From: Bispira polyomma
Taxonomy: Eukaryota
Assembly: GCA_965649765.1 (NCBI GenBank)
Contig: OZ287751.1
Location: 65,720,001 to 65,784,000 of the forward strand
DNA length: 64,000 nt
Direction: 5' to 3'
Of this stretch, positions 26,401-41,000 are shown one piece after another. The notes beneath the pieces are model-generated. The model was not told the origin of the DNA. It saw only the letters and a list, made by a program, of their open reading frames with translations, and searched no databases. Within the stretch, counting starts at the first letter, position 1. Each line of letters begins with the position of its first letter. The position numbers and the translations under genes are program-made.

Positions 26401-26779
26401 TTTATTAAAGCAACGATTAAAGCTGTGTATGGAGGTAATGGTCATATGTGTTGTACCAAAGTAGAAACAAAAATTTAAGAAAAAAAGAACCAAATATAAA
26501 AATTGGTACCCAAATTTAAACTTAAATATCTCCGGCATTTCCAACAAATAGTGATTATTTACAAGGCGGCCGTCATGTAGTACACGGGTGTTAACTGGTC
26601 TGTCACCACAGTAAAGTGTTGCATTATCGCTCAGCGACTTCGAAAAGAAGAAATGGCCTTAAAATAATAAAATTTAAAACCGCAGATTAATTAACCTGGA
26701 TTTGTATAATGTCACAATCTCCAAATAATGCTGATGTTATTCTATCCCAGCTGTCAACAAGTGTTCCACCCTTATCCAT
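17442..26779 (-). CDS. ANAPC2: Anaphase-promoting complex subunit 2 (cullin-homology), first 10 coding exons; 3' end not in window
   Basis: Exons with GT-AG ends and consistent phases: 26779-26696, 25747-25315, 24682-24571, 23747-23615, 22748-22632, 21876-21723, 20681-20564, 19395-19220, 18695-18524, 17571-17442 (1629 nt, 543 aa). Recognised APC2 motifs: LFDIIIEYPESEPALLDLKACL, LETRLLHPGVNTGDILTAYISAIRALRVLDP, YLRHREDTVRCIV, WQPDPVDADP, RRSSDIISMLVNIYGSKELFVTEYQTLLADR, ELLKLRFGETQLHSCEVMLKDVADSKR. Exon 1 (MDKGGTLVDSW...) is assigned by phase and position only. Confidence 0.95.
18141..18546 (-). repeat. Tandem array (47 bp unit) spanning the ANAPC2 exon 9 donor
   Basis: The plus-strand motif cacctgag (or a 1-nt variant) recurs at 18145, 18192, 18239, 18286, 18333, 18380, 18427, 18474 and 18521 (real junction). 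Confidence 0.95.
19370..20045 (-). repeat. Tandem array (~60 bp unit) spanning the ANAPC2 exon 8 acceptor
   Basis: Unit is the pyrimidine tract taccttctgtccatccctt(c/t)ag plus exon start ACATCGTGAGGACACTGT. Acceptor G at 19396 (real) and 19457, 19517, 19575, 19635, 19734, 19795, 19856, 19916, 20015. Confidence 0.95.
23950..24611 (-). repeat. Tandem array (56-71 bp unit) spanning the ANAPC2 exon 3 donor
   Basis: Unit is the last ~41 nt of the exon plus GTAAGTATATACTTA(TA). Donor GT at 24570 (real) and 24512, 24454, 24383, 24312, 24256, 24200, 24144, 24088, 24019, 23961. Confidence 0.95.
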
Positions 26780-27269
26780 CTCGACTTCAATCTAGAACTA
26801 ACTTTATCGGAATATATTTTGACAACTGGAATGTAGCCGGAAATATCAAATTATAGTTGTTACCAGGTCATAGATCAAGGTATTTTATGTGTCATTTAAA
26901 GATGTTACATACGGAATGTATAGTTTTAGATAATACCTTCTAGGGCTTGAGCTATATAGTTGCAACTTCTTAGCTAAACATTTTAAGTATATTTTCATTA
27001 AACACTTTGCCATTGGGCAGAAGACAGTCTCAACCTAGGAACTTATGGCATAACATGAAGGAAAACGTACTCCTCTTGTGATGAGAACAAAAATTTCCAT
27101 ATGTTTTTTGCTTAATTTTGGAAACACATTAATTGGATTGGAAACATTTTATGCAGCATAATGTTTACAATATCATATATAGTTACAAATGCAAAATTAC
27201 ATACCAATAATTTACACTACCCATTTCATAATGAAATATTCTCCTATCATCTTCCATAAACCTACCATA

Positions 27270-28103
27270 CAGAGTACCCCAGGGATCTATCCTTGGGCCT
27301 CTACTTTTCACCCTTTATACACATCCTCTCAGCATGCTCATCAATAATCATAATATGAAACACCACATGTATATCGGCGACACTCAAGACTATCTATTTC
27401 TCAACCCTCAAAATGCAAATAACATATTGATCTACCCGGCAGAATCAGAAACCACCTGTCGATGGATGCTGCGATAACTGTGGCTAACGCCCTTGTGAGC
27501 AGCCGCCTCAACTTATTTTGAGGATGCAGCCATTGCTTTTGTTTGGAGTAAACAAGTCACAGATTAAAAAGCTCTAGTCCATTCAAAACTACCTATGAAG
27601 GGTGATTTTTTACCTAGGTGGTTGCACAGACGTCACTCCCTACCTCAAAAAATTACAATGGCTGCCCATTCACTCTCGAATTTTGTTCAAATTTTACCTT
27701 ACCACTTTTAAGGCTGTAGTCACTCAACAGCCCTCCTACCTTGCTTCCCTTCTCTCCTTTAGTAACCGTAAGAGAGAAAACAGACTTTCTGTTTTTTCGG
27801 TCAGACCCATCAGAAAGGCGGGATCCAGAGCTTTCTGAATTGCAGCTCACTTGTTATGAAACAGTCACCTAGCTAGTTGACCTCAGATCAGTTGATACAC
27901 TCATCAGTTTCAGGAAAAAGTGTAAAACCTATCTTTTTAACCTTGCATACCCACCTTAGCTTCCCTCGTGCACGCTCCCACATCTTTCCTTACGACTTTG
28001 CTATGCCCACAGACTTTACGATTGGATCAATGATTCTGCTGTTGTGCTTTAGAAGATGCCTAGCATCAATAAAGTGCGTTAAAAATTCATAATAATAATA
28101 ATT
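27270..28103 (+). mobile_element. 5'-truncated, decayed L2/CR1-type LINE (RT C-terminus and 3' tail)
   Basis: VPQGSILGPLLFTLYT...HMYIGDTQ (degenerate YADDTQ), VTPYLKKLQWLPIHSRILFK, PSYLASLL, FRKKCKTYLF, and an (AAT)n tail at ~28090. Confidence 0.85.
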
Positions 28104-28359
28104 ACAAGATAATCTGGACCCCCAAGAAAATTACTTGGATAGGATAAAATTGATATTACTGAGAAAGTTACACAAAATTGATTAATTCTTTTCCAATAGA
28201 AATGTAGTATAGCTTTGCATACTAATCTAGTATTTGACAACACCCTTGTCTATAGATAAAAACAAAATTTTGTAGGGGTTATTTACCCATAGTGGGGTCA
28301 AAATATTGGGTTGTATGTGACTGTTAACTGTACAAGAGACTAATACTATAAACAATATA

Positions 28360-29545
28360 ATACTGTGTCAGTGTGTGTAGAGATTTTACTGTTACCGCTC
28401 TCCTGGGAAAAGTTTTACACACAGACTCCTGAAATTTTACAGGAATGTTCTTTATTTAAAAAGCTTACCTTTGAGTACTTTTGGCCTTATTTTTATAAAC
28501 AAGATGGCCGCCACAGGTGTTTCTTTAAAAATAATCAGGCTTTTAACTGTGCCTGTTTCTCAGTTGTAGAAGGTTGAATCTTTTTACAGGTGATATTTTT
28601 AACGGATATATATGTCCTGTATAAGCATGCAGACATTTAAACTTGAATTTCCTCATTCAAGGTCATCGACAGAGTGCCAAAGTACCCCAAGTGATCAATT
28701 TTGGCCAAACTTAAAAGTGCCTATATCTCGCTTAATATTAGTCCTAGATGTTTGGAAGCTGAAACTATGAGCGGGAAGCTTTTGATGTGCTTAGATTTGA
28801 CCTGGGGCCTCTCTTTCAAGGTCAAACAAGAATGGTCAAACTTAAAAGTGCCTATATTTCACTTATTATTGGTTCTAGAGGTTTGGAATATGAAACCAAC
28901 CTGTAGGTAATTAAGGCCTGGGAATCTTTTGATGTGGTCTGATTTGACCTTCGGCCCCTTATTCAAGGTCAGTCGTGGTCAAACTTAAAAGTGCCTATAT
29001 TTTACTTATTATTGGTCGTGGAGGTTTGGGATGTGTAACTAACTAAGAAATCATGGGCTTGTATTATTTTGCTGTGGTCAGATTTGACCTTGGACCCCTC
29101 ATGCAAGGTCAAACCAGTAGGCTAAACTTTAAAATGCCTATCTCACACTTATTATTGTAGCTCCGATGACCACTTAAAATGGTGGTCCTCTGTCACTGAG
29201 TAATATCTTTAATGGCAGATTAAAGATTCTTGGGGACATTAATAAATGTTCATCCTCAAGCACCTCGGCGCCCATAATGGCTGCTCTTGAGGAAGGGCAT
29301 TTGTAAGGACACTGTGTGCTGTAAGTGCTCTATAACAAATGTCCTATTTCATTTTCTATTTCATTATTGGTCCCACAGGTTTGCATTGTGAAACCCACTT
29401 GTGCCATTTAGGGCTTAGCATAAATGCCCTATCGGAAATAATAGGCTTCTAGCTTGGGTGCTAGCTAGGGTGGTTGCTAACTAGGGTGCTTTGTCTTTCT
29501 GGTGGATACAAATATGCATCGGTTCTCCAATGCTCTATGTCTTGT
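28360..29545 (-). mobile_element. Second satellite-bearing HINE-like element (~135-bp repeats, ~4 copies) with a nested SINE fragment
   Basis: ggtcaaacttaaaagtgcctatat recurs near 28703, 28834, 28977 and 29121; the minus-strand start is ACAAGAC at about 29544. Confidence 0.55.
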
Positions 29546-32012
29546 CATGAAATGAATTACACTGGGTGACACACTATGGGTCAATTTTTGTCAATATTTT
29601 ACACATAGAATTTTTTTTTAAATCTTTGATGATACACAACCAAAGAGGGTTTATAAACAAGATGTAACAGAAAAACTAAAATATATGCTAACAAATATTC
29701 AGTTGTAGACCAATATATATTGATTTTAAGCACTTTTCTAACGTGACACAGTGTGGGTTGATTTTACATTATCTGATAGATATTAATATTCTGTCATGCT
29801 AATGGACCATAAATTTCATATCAGTACTTAGAAATAAAAAGAACATTAAATATATAATATGTTACACAGAAATAAGTACAAGTTTTAATGTATTACCATT
29901 ATGTTGTCCTGTTTTGTGTTCAATTGAATATATGAATGCAATACAGTTAGATATTAAAAGTTTGGTAAAAAGTTTGGCTTTTTTTGATCTACTTGTGTGT
30001 CTTTGAAAAACAGCGATTTGGTAGTTGATACGGGCCTGGGTATTAAAATCAACTGTATCACCCAGCGCCCATGAAAATGTATATGAAAACTACAATAGTT
30101 ACTGGAATTTTCAAGGTTTTAGAGTCAATTTTATGTAATATTCGAGATAAAAAGTTAATAAATAATGTTAGTACAGGTGGCAAGCACAAAAAGTATGACT
30201 ATTTTTAGTCAGGAGAACAAGCTTAACATATCCTTTAAAACATTGTACACCTCAAGAAATGGCTGTAAAAATATAGATATAAAAATTCGAAAGGTGTGTT
30301 TGTATCATAGATGGTATATGGAATTTTGTTCATATATATTTCAAGAGCGTAAGATATGTGTATGTAGCATATTTTCTCTATACAGTTGGAAGTTTAGAGG
30401 GATCCTGGTACAAGTCAATTTTCAAGAGATATCAGGGGTGCAGATGCAACACTCTCGCCTCCCAACTCTGAAGTGAGGGTTTGATTCTCAAGCATGTGTA
30501 GTGCATCTAAGAAAGTTGGTTGTACACTTGCTGAAGGCTGGTGACATATAGTGCAGAAAACCTGTGACCAACTTCCCTGTGCTGTTTTCTCCACAATAAA
30601 CTACCAGTTGTGATATAATATGCAGTTGAAAGTGATGTTACACTCGAGAAAAAAAATCAAAAGCTTTTATTTCATTTTGCTGCAGTGCATTATACTCCAG
30701 TTTAGTGTGAAGTGATTAAATGTTTGTAGTGTCACTGCTTAGTTCTTAGCTTATGTAGTAATTAATTAGTCCATTTGTTCCAGTGTCAATAATAATTTTA
30801 AGCCAAAAATGAAATCTTATATTCATTTTACAGATGGTTATACAGCACTTTTTATGTTTTATTCTTCTGTTAGCAACATAGTTTGAAAAATGTAATTGTT
30901 CGATTGACTTTTGGAATTATCTAAATATTGTCCACGAACGTCCATTTTTAAGACATGTTTCTACCTTTTCTAGGTTGCCAACAAGACTGCAGATTTTTTT
31001 GGGCAAGTTCAGTATTTCTTAAATCTTGTATTTTGTATTTTAGTGTATTTCGAATAACCAGTGTATTTACCATTGAAATTCGCACATTCATTTAACTAAT
31101 ATGGATCACAAGTTCAACATGAAAGATATTTTATCCCCAGTTATTAAAACAATGTTTGCATACTGTGATTCCCTGTAGTGTTTGCACCATTTTTCCCATC
31201 TGTAGTTTCTCGGAAAAATGCAGCATCGCCATACTTGTTATCGTTTTGGACTTGTAAACAATTACAATCAAAATTATATTTGTAAATTTTTCATTTACAA
31301 ATTGTATCATCAACTGAAAAACTAGGAGTCAATTATTTATTATTCTATAACATCTTTCTGATCATACATTCTTATAATATGTGTTTCGGTAATAAGTTTT
31401 AGAACACATCAAGATGGCAAGGAAAACTTCGATAGGCCCTTCTGACACCATTGCCTTTTAATGCTAAAGCATAGTTATAACAACTATCTCTTAATTGTTT
31501 TTGGCAAAATAAAGACAAAAATATCAAATCATAGAATATTTGCAGAAATTGAAATATTATATATATTCAAGACTACACACACATAGTGGAACGCCAAAGT
31601 AAAACAAACTACTTCTGGAATAAATATGTACTTTGCAGTCTATTATGTGAACGTGTATATTTTCATGTACATCGCAAATGGCTGTGGTGTGTGGCTTGCA
31701 TTAATTGAAGCCCAGCTATGACTAAGTTTTGCTGCATCTGCATCATCCTTAAAACTTATATATCTTAGCCTCATTATATACTAAATAAAAAAAGAACAAA
31801 AAGATTGGGTAAGATATATAAAAGTTTAATTTTTTTTACTAAAACACCACATCAAAAATTTGCAATCGCAACCATAAGCTGTGTAGTTATGCACTAAGCA
31901 AATATACAACAATGAGCTATATAAATATACACTTAACAAAAGCAATACATGTATATTGAAGCAATAAAACCATGTACAAGTGTCATTACACTTAGGAAAT
32001 ATAAGGGAACAA

Positions 32013-35000
32013 TCAGACATGATTGGATTTCTTATATTTTGTCTGCCACATTTCCCATAGATGTCCTGTGACTTCCGTCGTTATAATATGGTTACTGTGG
32101 TGGGCAATGAGCCTCAAAACAAACACACCGTCCACCTTCAGATAGTGTCTCGTAAACTCGGAAATCTCATCGGGATCTCTGATTGTGACGGCAGTATTAT
32201 CATTTTTTGTGAAATGCAGATGGTTGCTGACAAAGCGTGTCCCATCTCCGGGGATGCAGATATATAAGAGCCACTGGACGAGTCCGAGGATAGAGATTGC
32301 GGCTACAAGGGCCATCCAGAACCAGAGGAACATGTAGACCTTCTCGTTGATACGGTTCAATGGCAAGTTACACTGAACTGTGTATCTCTGTACATTGCCT
32401 GTAATATAATAATAATTAAAGCATTTTTCAGAGCGCAAAAAAGGGGCCGTATTCACGAACAAGTGAAATATTTTTTCACTTACTTTCCAAAGTAAGTAAA
32501 TTTTTCCAAAGATTTCCTGAGAAGTGGTATTCACCAACAAGTGAAAAATTCTACTTACTTACGTTTTACTTAGAATCCAAGTTAGGAAAGAAATCTAAGG
32601 TACCTCATCTCCTTACTTAAAATCTAATAAGTTTTTTCTCCAAAGTAAGTAAGTTTTCTTTAGTGAATACCACTTGGATCTAAGTTAGTAAAAAATAGCC
32701 ACAATACTTGAAATCTAAGTTAGGAATGGGATTTCACTTGTTTGTGAATACAGCCCCTAATATCCAAAAAGGGAAGGTCCAGGGGCAAGCAAAGGCCGTC
32801 AGCAAAAACCATCCACCGGGGAAGGGTGACTAAGGGGGGTTGGGGAGAGAGAAGGGTTGTAGGCTGTCTGAAAAGGCACGTTTTGAGATGGCTTCTGAAA
32901 CCAGTGATTTAATTCTGACAGTCTGTGGGAGTTTCTTCCATTCAGCAGGAGCTCAGACAGCGAAGCAGCCCTGCCGACTTTCCTATTTCGTCGGGTGTAG
33001 GAAAAGGAGAGGTGCTTTCCCCAAGTAAGGCTACTAAACTTGATGAGTGACAACAAATAAGGAGGTTAGTTTAGTTTAATAGCTTTGAACACAAGAAGGT
33101 TGTAAGGAATATGTGATAGTGTGTAAATGGGTGTGTTTGTATCTGCTTTTTAAATAGACCAAAAAACATCTCATGAAGCAATTAATTGGTAATTATAGTT
33201 GTTTTGCGAAGTAGACAACAAAGTACAAACATAAAAATGGCCATATATCTGTTTACACATGATAGACACTTAATGTTATCTTGAACATGTTTTTCATACA
33301 GAGTGAGATAATATAATTAATTTAGATGATATAAATTAGTCAATCAATATAGCTTTTACTTTCATTATCATTAAAATAATTTGTACTACTTTGGGAATAT
33401 AGGCCAAAAGTGCAAAATTGCTAAAAATATTTTCGATTTCAGCTGAAATCAGCAAACAGATTATCTCTTAAAACTGACATCATATGTACTGTGCAGTAAA
33501 AAAAAACCCCAAACTGGTTTGCAATAAAGTATTGTGACACCAAACTCCCATGTCATATGTATATTACGTAAAGGACAACCAATTTGTAAAAATCTGTAAA
33601 CACACCTAAACTGACAGGCATTTTGTACAGAAAAAAGTAAAATTTAAATGTATATTTGAAAACAAATAACAGGTCAAGATTAATCCAGTTATTTCTACAC
33701 CCTGCTGACTTGATCCAGTAATTTGTATTCGCCTGTATAATGACAGTATGTATTTATTATTAGATGTAAACTAAGCATCAATTAAAAACTACAAACAAAA
33801 TTTTTTCATGATAATTTTATTTGATTACAGTTTGAAATGACATTTAAATTAAGTTAATAACTTCAATGTATTTTAAGTGGTAAACAGGTGAGAAAAATTC
33901 ACAATGTTTTCAAGCAATAATTAGGACATTTAATTTATTGTCAATCCATTAAAACAAAAATGTTCACAAAAATGTGTACTGTTTTTAATGATTCTCAGTT
34001 TATTTGATAGCCCTTAATTGTTTCAGTCAGACAGAAAAGCGCAGGATCTGAATCTATCTTAATAGTATAATATCTGCTACTTGTCACATGATACTCTTGA
34101 ATTTAACCTAAATTCCCTGTGTCTGCTTTCTAAATAGACCAAAAAACATCTCATGAAGCAATGAAGTAGTAATTATAGTTGTTTTGCGAAGTAGACAACA
34201 AAGTACAAACATAAAAATGGCCATATATCTGTTTACACATGATAGACACTTAATGTTATCTTGAACATGTTTTTCATACAGAGTGAGATAATATAAATAA
34301 TTTAGATGATAAAAATTAGTCAATCAATATAGCTTTTACTTTCATTATCAATAACAAATTTGTACTACTTTGGGAATATAGGCCAAAAGTACAAACTTGC
34401 CGGAGATATTTTCGATTTCAGCTGAAGTCAGCGAACAGATAATCTGTTAAACTGACGTGATATGCGGTGACAGTAAAAAAAACCCAAACAGGTGTGCATT
34501 GAAGTATTGTCACACCAAACTCCCACGACATATGTTTATTCTTTACCAAACTGCCATGACATATGTATATTCCCTAAAGGACAACCAATTTGTAAAACTG
34601 TGTAAATCTAAACTGACAGGCATTTCGTACAGAAAAAAAGTAAATTTTAGATAAATATTTGACAAAGAAATAACAGGTCAAGAACAATCCAGTTATTTCT
34701 ACACCGTGCAGAGTTGATCCAGTAATTTGTATCCGCTTGTATAATGATCGGTTTCCATAAATGCATAAAAGTCATCTTTACACTTCATATACATACATGT
34801 CCATGCTTGCATGTGAGGATGATGGAAGTGGCCTGGAATATTAACTTTTTTGGTAGCAGAACCAAAAGTTTAGGCTTAAGATACCGAACAAAATGCTAAA
34901 TAAATTATTTAAAAATTGACCATTAATAAAAAAGTATAATGCCTTAAACAGTTAGATTGATAAAGAAAGTAATTTTGCTTTATTCCCATCTCTAGGTCTG

Positions 35001-38000
35001 TTATGTACAGATGACAAACACATTTGTATAGAATTTGAATTTAGTTGGGTGTGGCTTAGGTCATATCGTGACGGCCATATTCAATGATGGAAGAAACCAG
35101 TGCTGAAGCCACTGTAAACCACCACCTACAGTAAGCACCTAACAAACTTTCTCACATGAAGAAACAAACAGAACTTGAAGCCACATTGGTGAGAGACCAG
35201 TGATTGTGATGTGGGGCACTTCAAACCACTAGGCCACCGTGGCCCCTCACGTGTGTATGGAAACACTACCTTACAAGTTTTGGCATGACTTCAGCCGAAG
35301 TCAGCAAACTGACCAGATTATCACATATCATGACATAATGCTTTAACACCAAAAATAGAATTTTTGAAGTATTTACCTGAACTTGGGCTGAAACTACACA
35401 TTGCATATGTTTTTCAGTCTTTACATATTTATTTACTACATGTGATGAATGAAAGACTGGTCTGGTAAAAAGAGCACAGTTACTGTACACAAGTGAAAAT
35501 TAATTTTACTGATAAGCTTTGATAGCAAACATTTACTTGTCAACAGTGAAAATACATACACAGGTGAATTTGTTCAGAAATTACAAACTAGTAGAATTTC
35601 ATTTGGAAACTTAAATAGTATTTATAGTAGGGTATTAATTAGTATTATTAAGTCTTACAAGCTATAATAAACCATGTGTTATTTAATGTGTAATGTTTTT
35701 GTGTAAAACTCTCACCATTGTTGTGCAATACTTTTAGCAAGAGATAAGGAATATATGTAGATCACATTTGAAGTGGGTGTTTTCTGTGTATGTGATGGGA
35801 CTCACAAGTGCAGTTCAAACAAAGCTACTTGTAAATCTAAATGCAAGGGAAATGGCTAAGTAATTATGCAACCAATTTATCATGCTAAGACAAGACATCA
35901 GTTGTCCTTTAGAAAAGATAAAGGCACACAGTGTGAAATATACACTTACATTGATATATGGACACTATACACTCAGTCAGATCTGACACTGCTCAGTTTA
36001 GACAGCTCTTTTGCTTCCAACCAATCCATGAAAGCCTTACATATTATTTTTAAGATGGCGGCATCCCCTTTCAATGGTGGCGCCCTTTTTTGAGTCTGAT
36101 AAAAAAGGAAATGTTTTTTACCTAGCCTACGCACGTTGAAGTCACACATTGTCACCCTTGGGAATGCATCGAATGGGGCATCCTGCCAATCATGGTCTGA
36201 GGCCACGCCCCCCATGACCTCAAAGCCGTAGGAGCTGAACTGGTTAAACAGGAAGTAGTCCAGCAAGAAGAACTGACCAATGGCATTGGCAATGTACATC
36301 AGTTTGGTAAAGAAAAACAGGAATAGCAGAAAGCCTGGCACCCTAGTGAGGAAGAAACATTGCATTGTATTCAAATATATTTGGGTTGGTACTCAGTATT
36401 CAATTAGCTTCATTTGGATCTGCACCACAATTTAATGGGTTTCTTCCTTGGTCAAAGGACCTGGCCCTTCAAGAGAGAAATTGGGTCACTAGTTTTTGTG
36501 TAATCCTGCTTACAAAGAAACCAAAAGACAGAGGGCAAAAACATAACATTCTTTTGGTTTAGGTAATCGCGTCTACAGACTTATGCCAAATTTAAGATTG
36601 ATATTCACTATAAAGTTTAGCCAAAATTAAGAATCAAATATGTCAAAGCTACCTATTATTATTTTAAGTCTCCAAATGAGTAAGGTTTATATAGTAATAT
36701 ATATATTTGCTAGTCACTCACTTTTCTCCACACAGATGGCTCACGTAGTATATGGCTCGCCTGCAGGCGTTATACTGTTTAGTTTCCCCATGATTTCTGG
36801 TTTTCACCAACCTAAAATGAAAGTTGAATAATATCAAAAAAAAATGTTAGGCACTGAATGAAAAATTATCAAGAATATAATGTGAGATTAAAATTAAGCT
36901 TTTTTTCATTCACTAAAATGTGAAAAAAGCAATGTAAATGTTGCAATCTGAATGTTGCAATTACTAAAATTCGAATGTGAATTCTGTAAATCAATCTGGC
37001 CATCACTGACTATGTGATAATAATTATATGGCTACTTGGCTACTTTTTTCCTCCAAACAATCACTTATGGCCTCTGTGACCTGGTGGTTAGGGTGCTTGA
37101 CATCGGACCAGGGGATCCTAGGATCGATCCTTGATCTTGACATTATACTGGACATAAATTTGTCTTTCTCTAATCAGGTGTAGAATTAAGTAAGTAGACA
37201 CTAATAGATGTTATTTTTTTAACCGTATGTGGTCAGTATGCTCTTTTTGGAAATAGAGTAAACAAATAGTTTATTGGATTGTTTGTAAATTTAAAAGGTT
37301 GAAAGAGCATTTCTTTGAGGATGATATCAGGCCATAATGCCCTGCAGTATATATAACTCCTATTATTGGAACATGTTGGAGGACAAAGCTTTGTTCGGAT
37401 AATAGAAGCTTCACAGTAAAAAACAAATGGAAAAAGTAAATGTGGGAGAGTTTGAAAATATGTTTATAAAATTAAATGTTCAGAAGTTCAGATAATAGAG
37501 ATTCTGCTGTAATCACATTTTCATGTACATTTTTAACTTACTCGTGCATAAGGCTAGAAACCCACATGCACATCTACTTACTGGTGGATCATGTTGGCTA
37601 TCTGTGGAGCCTTATCAATCCCTCCACTGTCTCCAGCCAGCTGTATAATGTCGTCTGTATCTACCACTCCTCTGTTGTTAAAATTGTGCCACATGAGAGA
37701 GGGCAGGGTAAACAGAGCAGCCTGTGTACAAACCAAAAGAGAGGGTACAGGGGAATAACGGCATCAGGAGATGCCAAAAAATGCACAGAAAGAACAACTT
37801 TCAGCATTGGAGACATTAAAATCACTACCCGTGAAAGACTAACAGCATCAGGAGATGCCAAAAAGTACAGAGAAAGACCTAAACATGGACAGCTCTCAGC
37901 ATTGGAGACATTAAAATCACTACCCGTGAAAGACTAACGGAATCAGGAGATGCCAAAAAGGACAGAGAAAGACCTGAACATGGACAAATCTCAGCATTGG

Positions 38001-41000
38001 AGACAATAAAATCAAGACTTTAGACACTATATTAAAAATTGAAGTCATCTTGAATTTTTGAAATTTAGTTGGGTTTTACGTCACATTGTTTTGCATTATT
38101 TTATGGTGGTACATATTTTCAACATGCTTTATTGATGCGAGGCATCTTCCAAAGCATAACAACCAAATCAATCAACCAATCATGTACCCTACAACATAGG
38201 CTGGGTCGTCTTCAGTAGGCAATGGCATGTTCACATCTTGCCCAAGGATGTTATACCACTAATGTTTCTAGTGACATTAGCCAGGGACCTGGTGATCACC
38301 AGACCAACTCCCTAACCAGGCTACAGGAAACCACAAAAATCAGTCAGATCAGGACTTTCCCAGATGCATGGTCAAATGAGTGAACCCACATTGGTTAGAG
38401 GCTTTTTACCACTAGGCAATCACGGTTCACCCCAAAAAGGCAACAAGAAAATACCCAATGTATTATAGGTCAACGTTATCGTGACAATACCCAATATGTT
38501 AAGGGTCATAGTTCTTCTGATAAAAGCCAGTTTGGCAAAAGAGTAGAGTCATAATGAAAATGGACTTTTTGCTTAAAGGTCACAGTCATTCTTATAATGG
38601 TCAACATTGTAAATATCAGAGACGCCAATGGAATGCGCTATACAATTAAAGTCTAAATCATCTTCACAATGCAGAATATCTTAAAGGTGATTATCAAAGT
38701 ATTTATGACCACTGATACACCCATGCCTTTATTGAAATTTGTAGCGAACATTACCTTCCTGTGATGTAGTCTGGGCATGATGGTGAGGTTAAGCTAGACA
38801 CCACTCTGAGGTTAAAGGTCAGACCATGATAACAGCGCCCAATGAATTATTTGTATCATAAACATAAACTTGCGGCCTAGTTTTGAAAGGTGCATACAAG
38901 ATTTGTCTTCAGTAAAAAGTTTAGAACATACCTTTTAATATTGTAAAATAATTTAACAGAAAAATCACGCCTTGCCATTGTTAGGTAAATTGTTACATAA
39001 AGTAATGTTAGAGGGAAAAATAACTTACATAAAAAAATCTGAAATAAAATGGTCAAAATAAAAAGAATTTTAAGCTAAAACGCCAAAAGAATATATGAAA
39101 TGAAATTTTGAAAAATGCACTTTCAGTTATATAAGATTACTAAAATTAGCAACCACCCTCGCTTATCTCTTTGTTTACAAGATCACTTTGTTTTCAAAGA
39201 AGTAGCATGCATCTGATATTATTTTAAAGAGTCCATTAATATTCAAGTGGGTACAAGCAAACAGAAGTACACCTACTCGAGATTAAAATTGTAATGCATA
39301 AGACTAATGCATGTTGTATACTGCCCTTCCTTTTATGGGTAATAAAAACACTTTACAAAATGATGATGTAAGCTGACGATGATGTGGGCTGTATTTATCT
39401 GATCAAAGTACTATTGCTATTAGTTACAAAAAAACCCAAAGAGACTTGATTCACGAGCAATACTTTCCTAATATTCCTGACTTACATTCCAAGTTTTTCT
39501 AACATGTTTTAAAGTGACTTAGATAAAAGTGTGATTTACAAACATTCATTCCAGCCCAGCGGGAAAATCCGGGTTTTACTGGGCAATACTGGGTAATACT
39601 GGGCAATACATATATGCCCCCCAAAATATGTGTGTTAATGAACTTTAAGACTTGACTGTGCATTGAGTTATTGTTGTGGTCCCTAGACAACAAATTATTA
39701 AATTTCATAAGAAGAAAAAACTTTATTTTTAGAAAATAAAGCTAAAGAATATCTTTTAGGAATAAAGCAAAATTTATGCAATATTATATGTATGCTTTAA
39801 AGCATTGTCCAGGTCATACAATGAAGACATACAAACTGACACATACATAAACAAACTATGCATTTTTAAACAATTGTGTACAAAAGCTTTTTCCTGGTTC
39901 TAGGCTGTTTGGTCATATTAATTGCAATTTACTTGTCACACACACACCACATCCAAATCTGTCACACCTCACACCTTGCACTAAATTGAGTGGCTAATCC
40001 TTTCTGTCACAGAATACATTTTATTTGACATTTGATGTGGGGTCACACTGATTCAGTTAAAGCTGAGAAATAGACTTGGCCTTCAAAAGTTAGTTCAGTG
40101 TCATAGGTCACTGAGTAAAATTGAAATTGACTGGTAAAAGTATTTACTGACCGACATAATATTTTTATTTTACAAATGTACATATATCTACTATCATAGT
40201 ATTATTGCATGTGAATTTACATAAAAAATGTTAATAAAAAAATTTATTATTGAAGGCCTTTTTGAAATGAATAATGGCACTGCCCACATTTCCTAGTATT
40301 ACCTACATTTTGGAGAATTACCTGCCCCTTTTGGAGTATTGCCCTCTTTTGGGAGTATTGCCCACTTAGGGGTATTGCCCAGTACAGGTTAACCTGGGCA
40401 GGTTTTTTATCTCAACCCTGAAATGTGGGATAGGTGGAAGTCCTTGTAAATAGAATTACCCTATACTTGTGTCTATTCTTTCGTATTAACAGGACTTTTA
40501 GAGCTGAATTCAAACGTGCAGCCATTTTTCTTCCACTCTAGCCAGAGATACCGAGACCTTATATTTTACCTTGAGTCTGAGTTGAGCTTAGCATCTTTTG
40601 AGAATATGACCAATGGTGTGTTTAAACATATTTGCTTTTATATTTCGATTTATTTATTCATATATACATGTATAATACATACCTACATATTGATATGTTA
40701 TACATAATATTTAAGGTTATTGATCATTACATCAACAATTGTGAAGAAAAAAACAATTGTAAAATCGACACCATGCAAGATTTTTGATCAAAGCCGAGTT
40801 GATCTTATTTGAATGTTTGTATTTGTTACAGTTAAGGTGTTATCCAAGTAACGCCAATCTTTGAAAGCTCCATATTGTTTTCAAAGTTGTCTGTGTTGCA
40901 TATCTTTTATCGAGTTGGTACTCGAAGCCATGTCACCCCTCTTCTCAAAGTTCAATTCTATATCGCACCCTCCTTAAACTAAATATTCTTGTTGTTGAGG

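Noticed and set aside
37755-38015. Repeat beside the innexin exon 3 acceptor as a junction array
   Set aside because: It stops ~35 nt short of the AG and contains no exon sequence.
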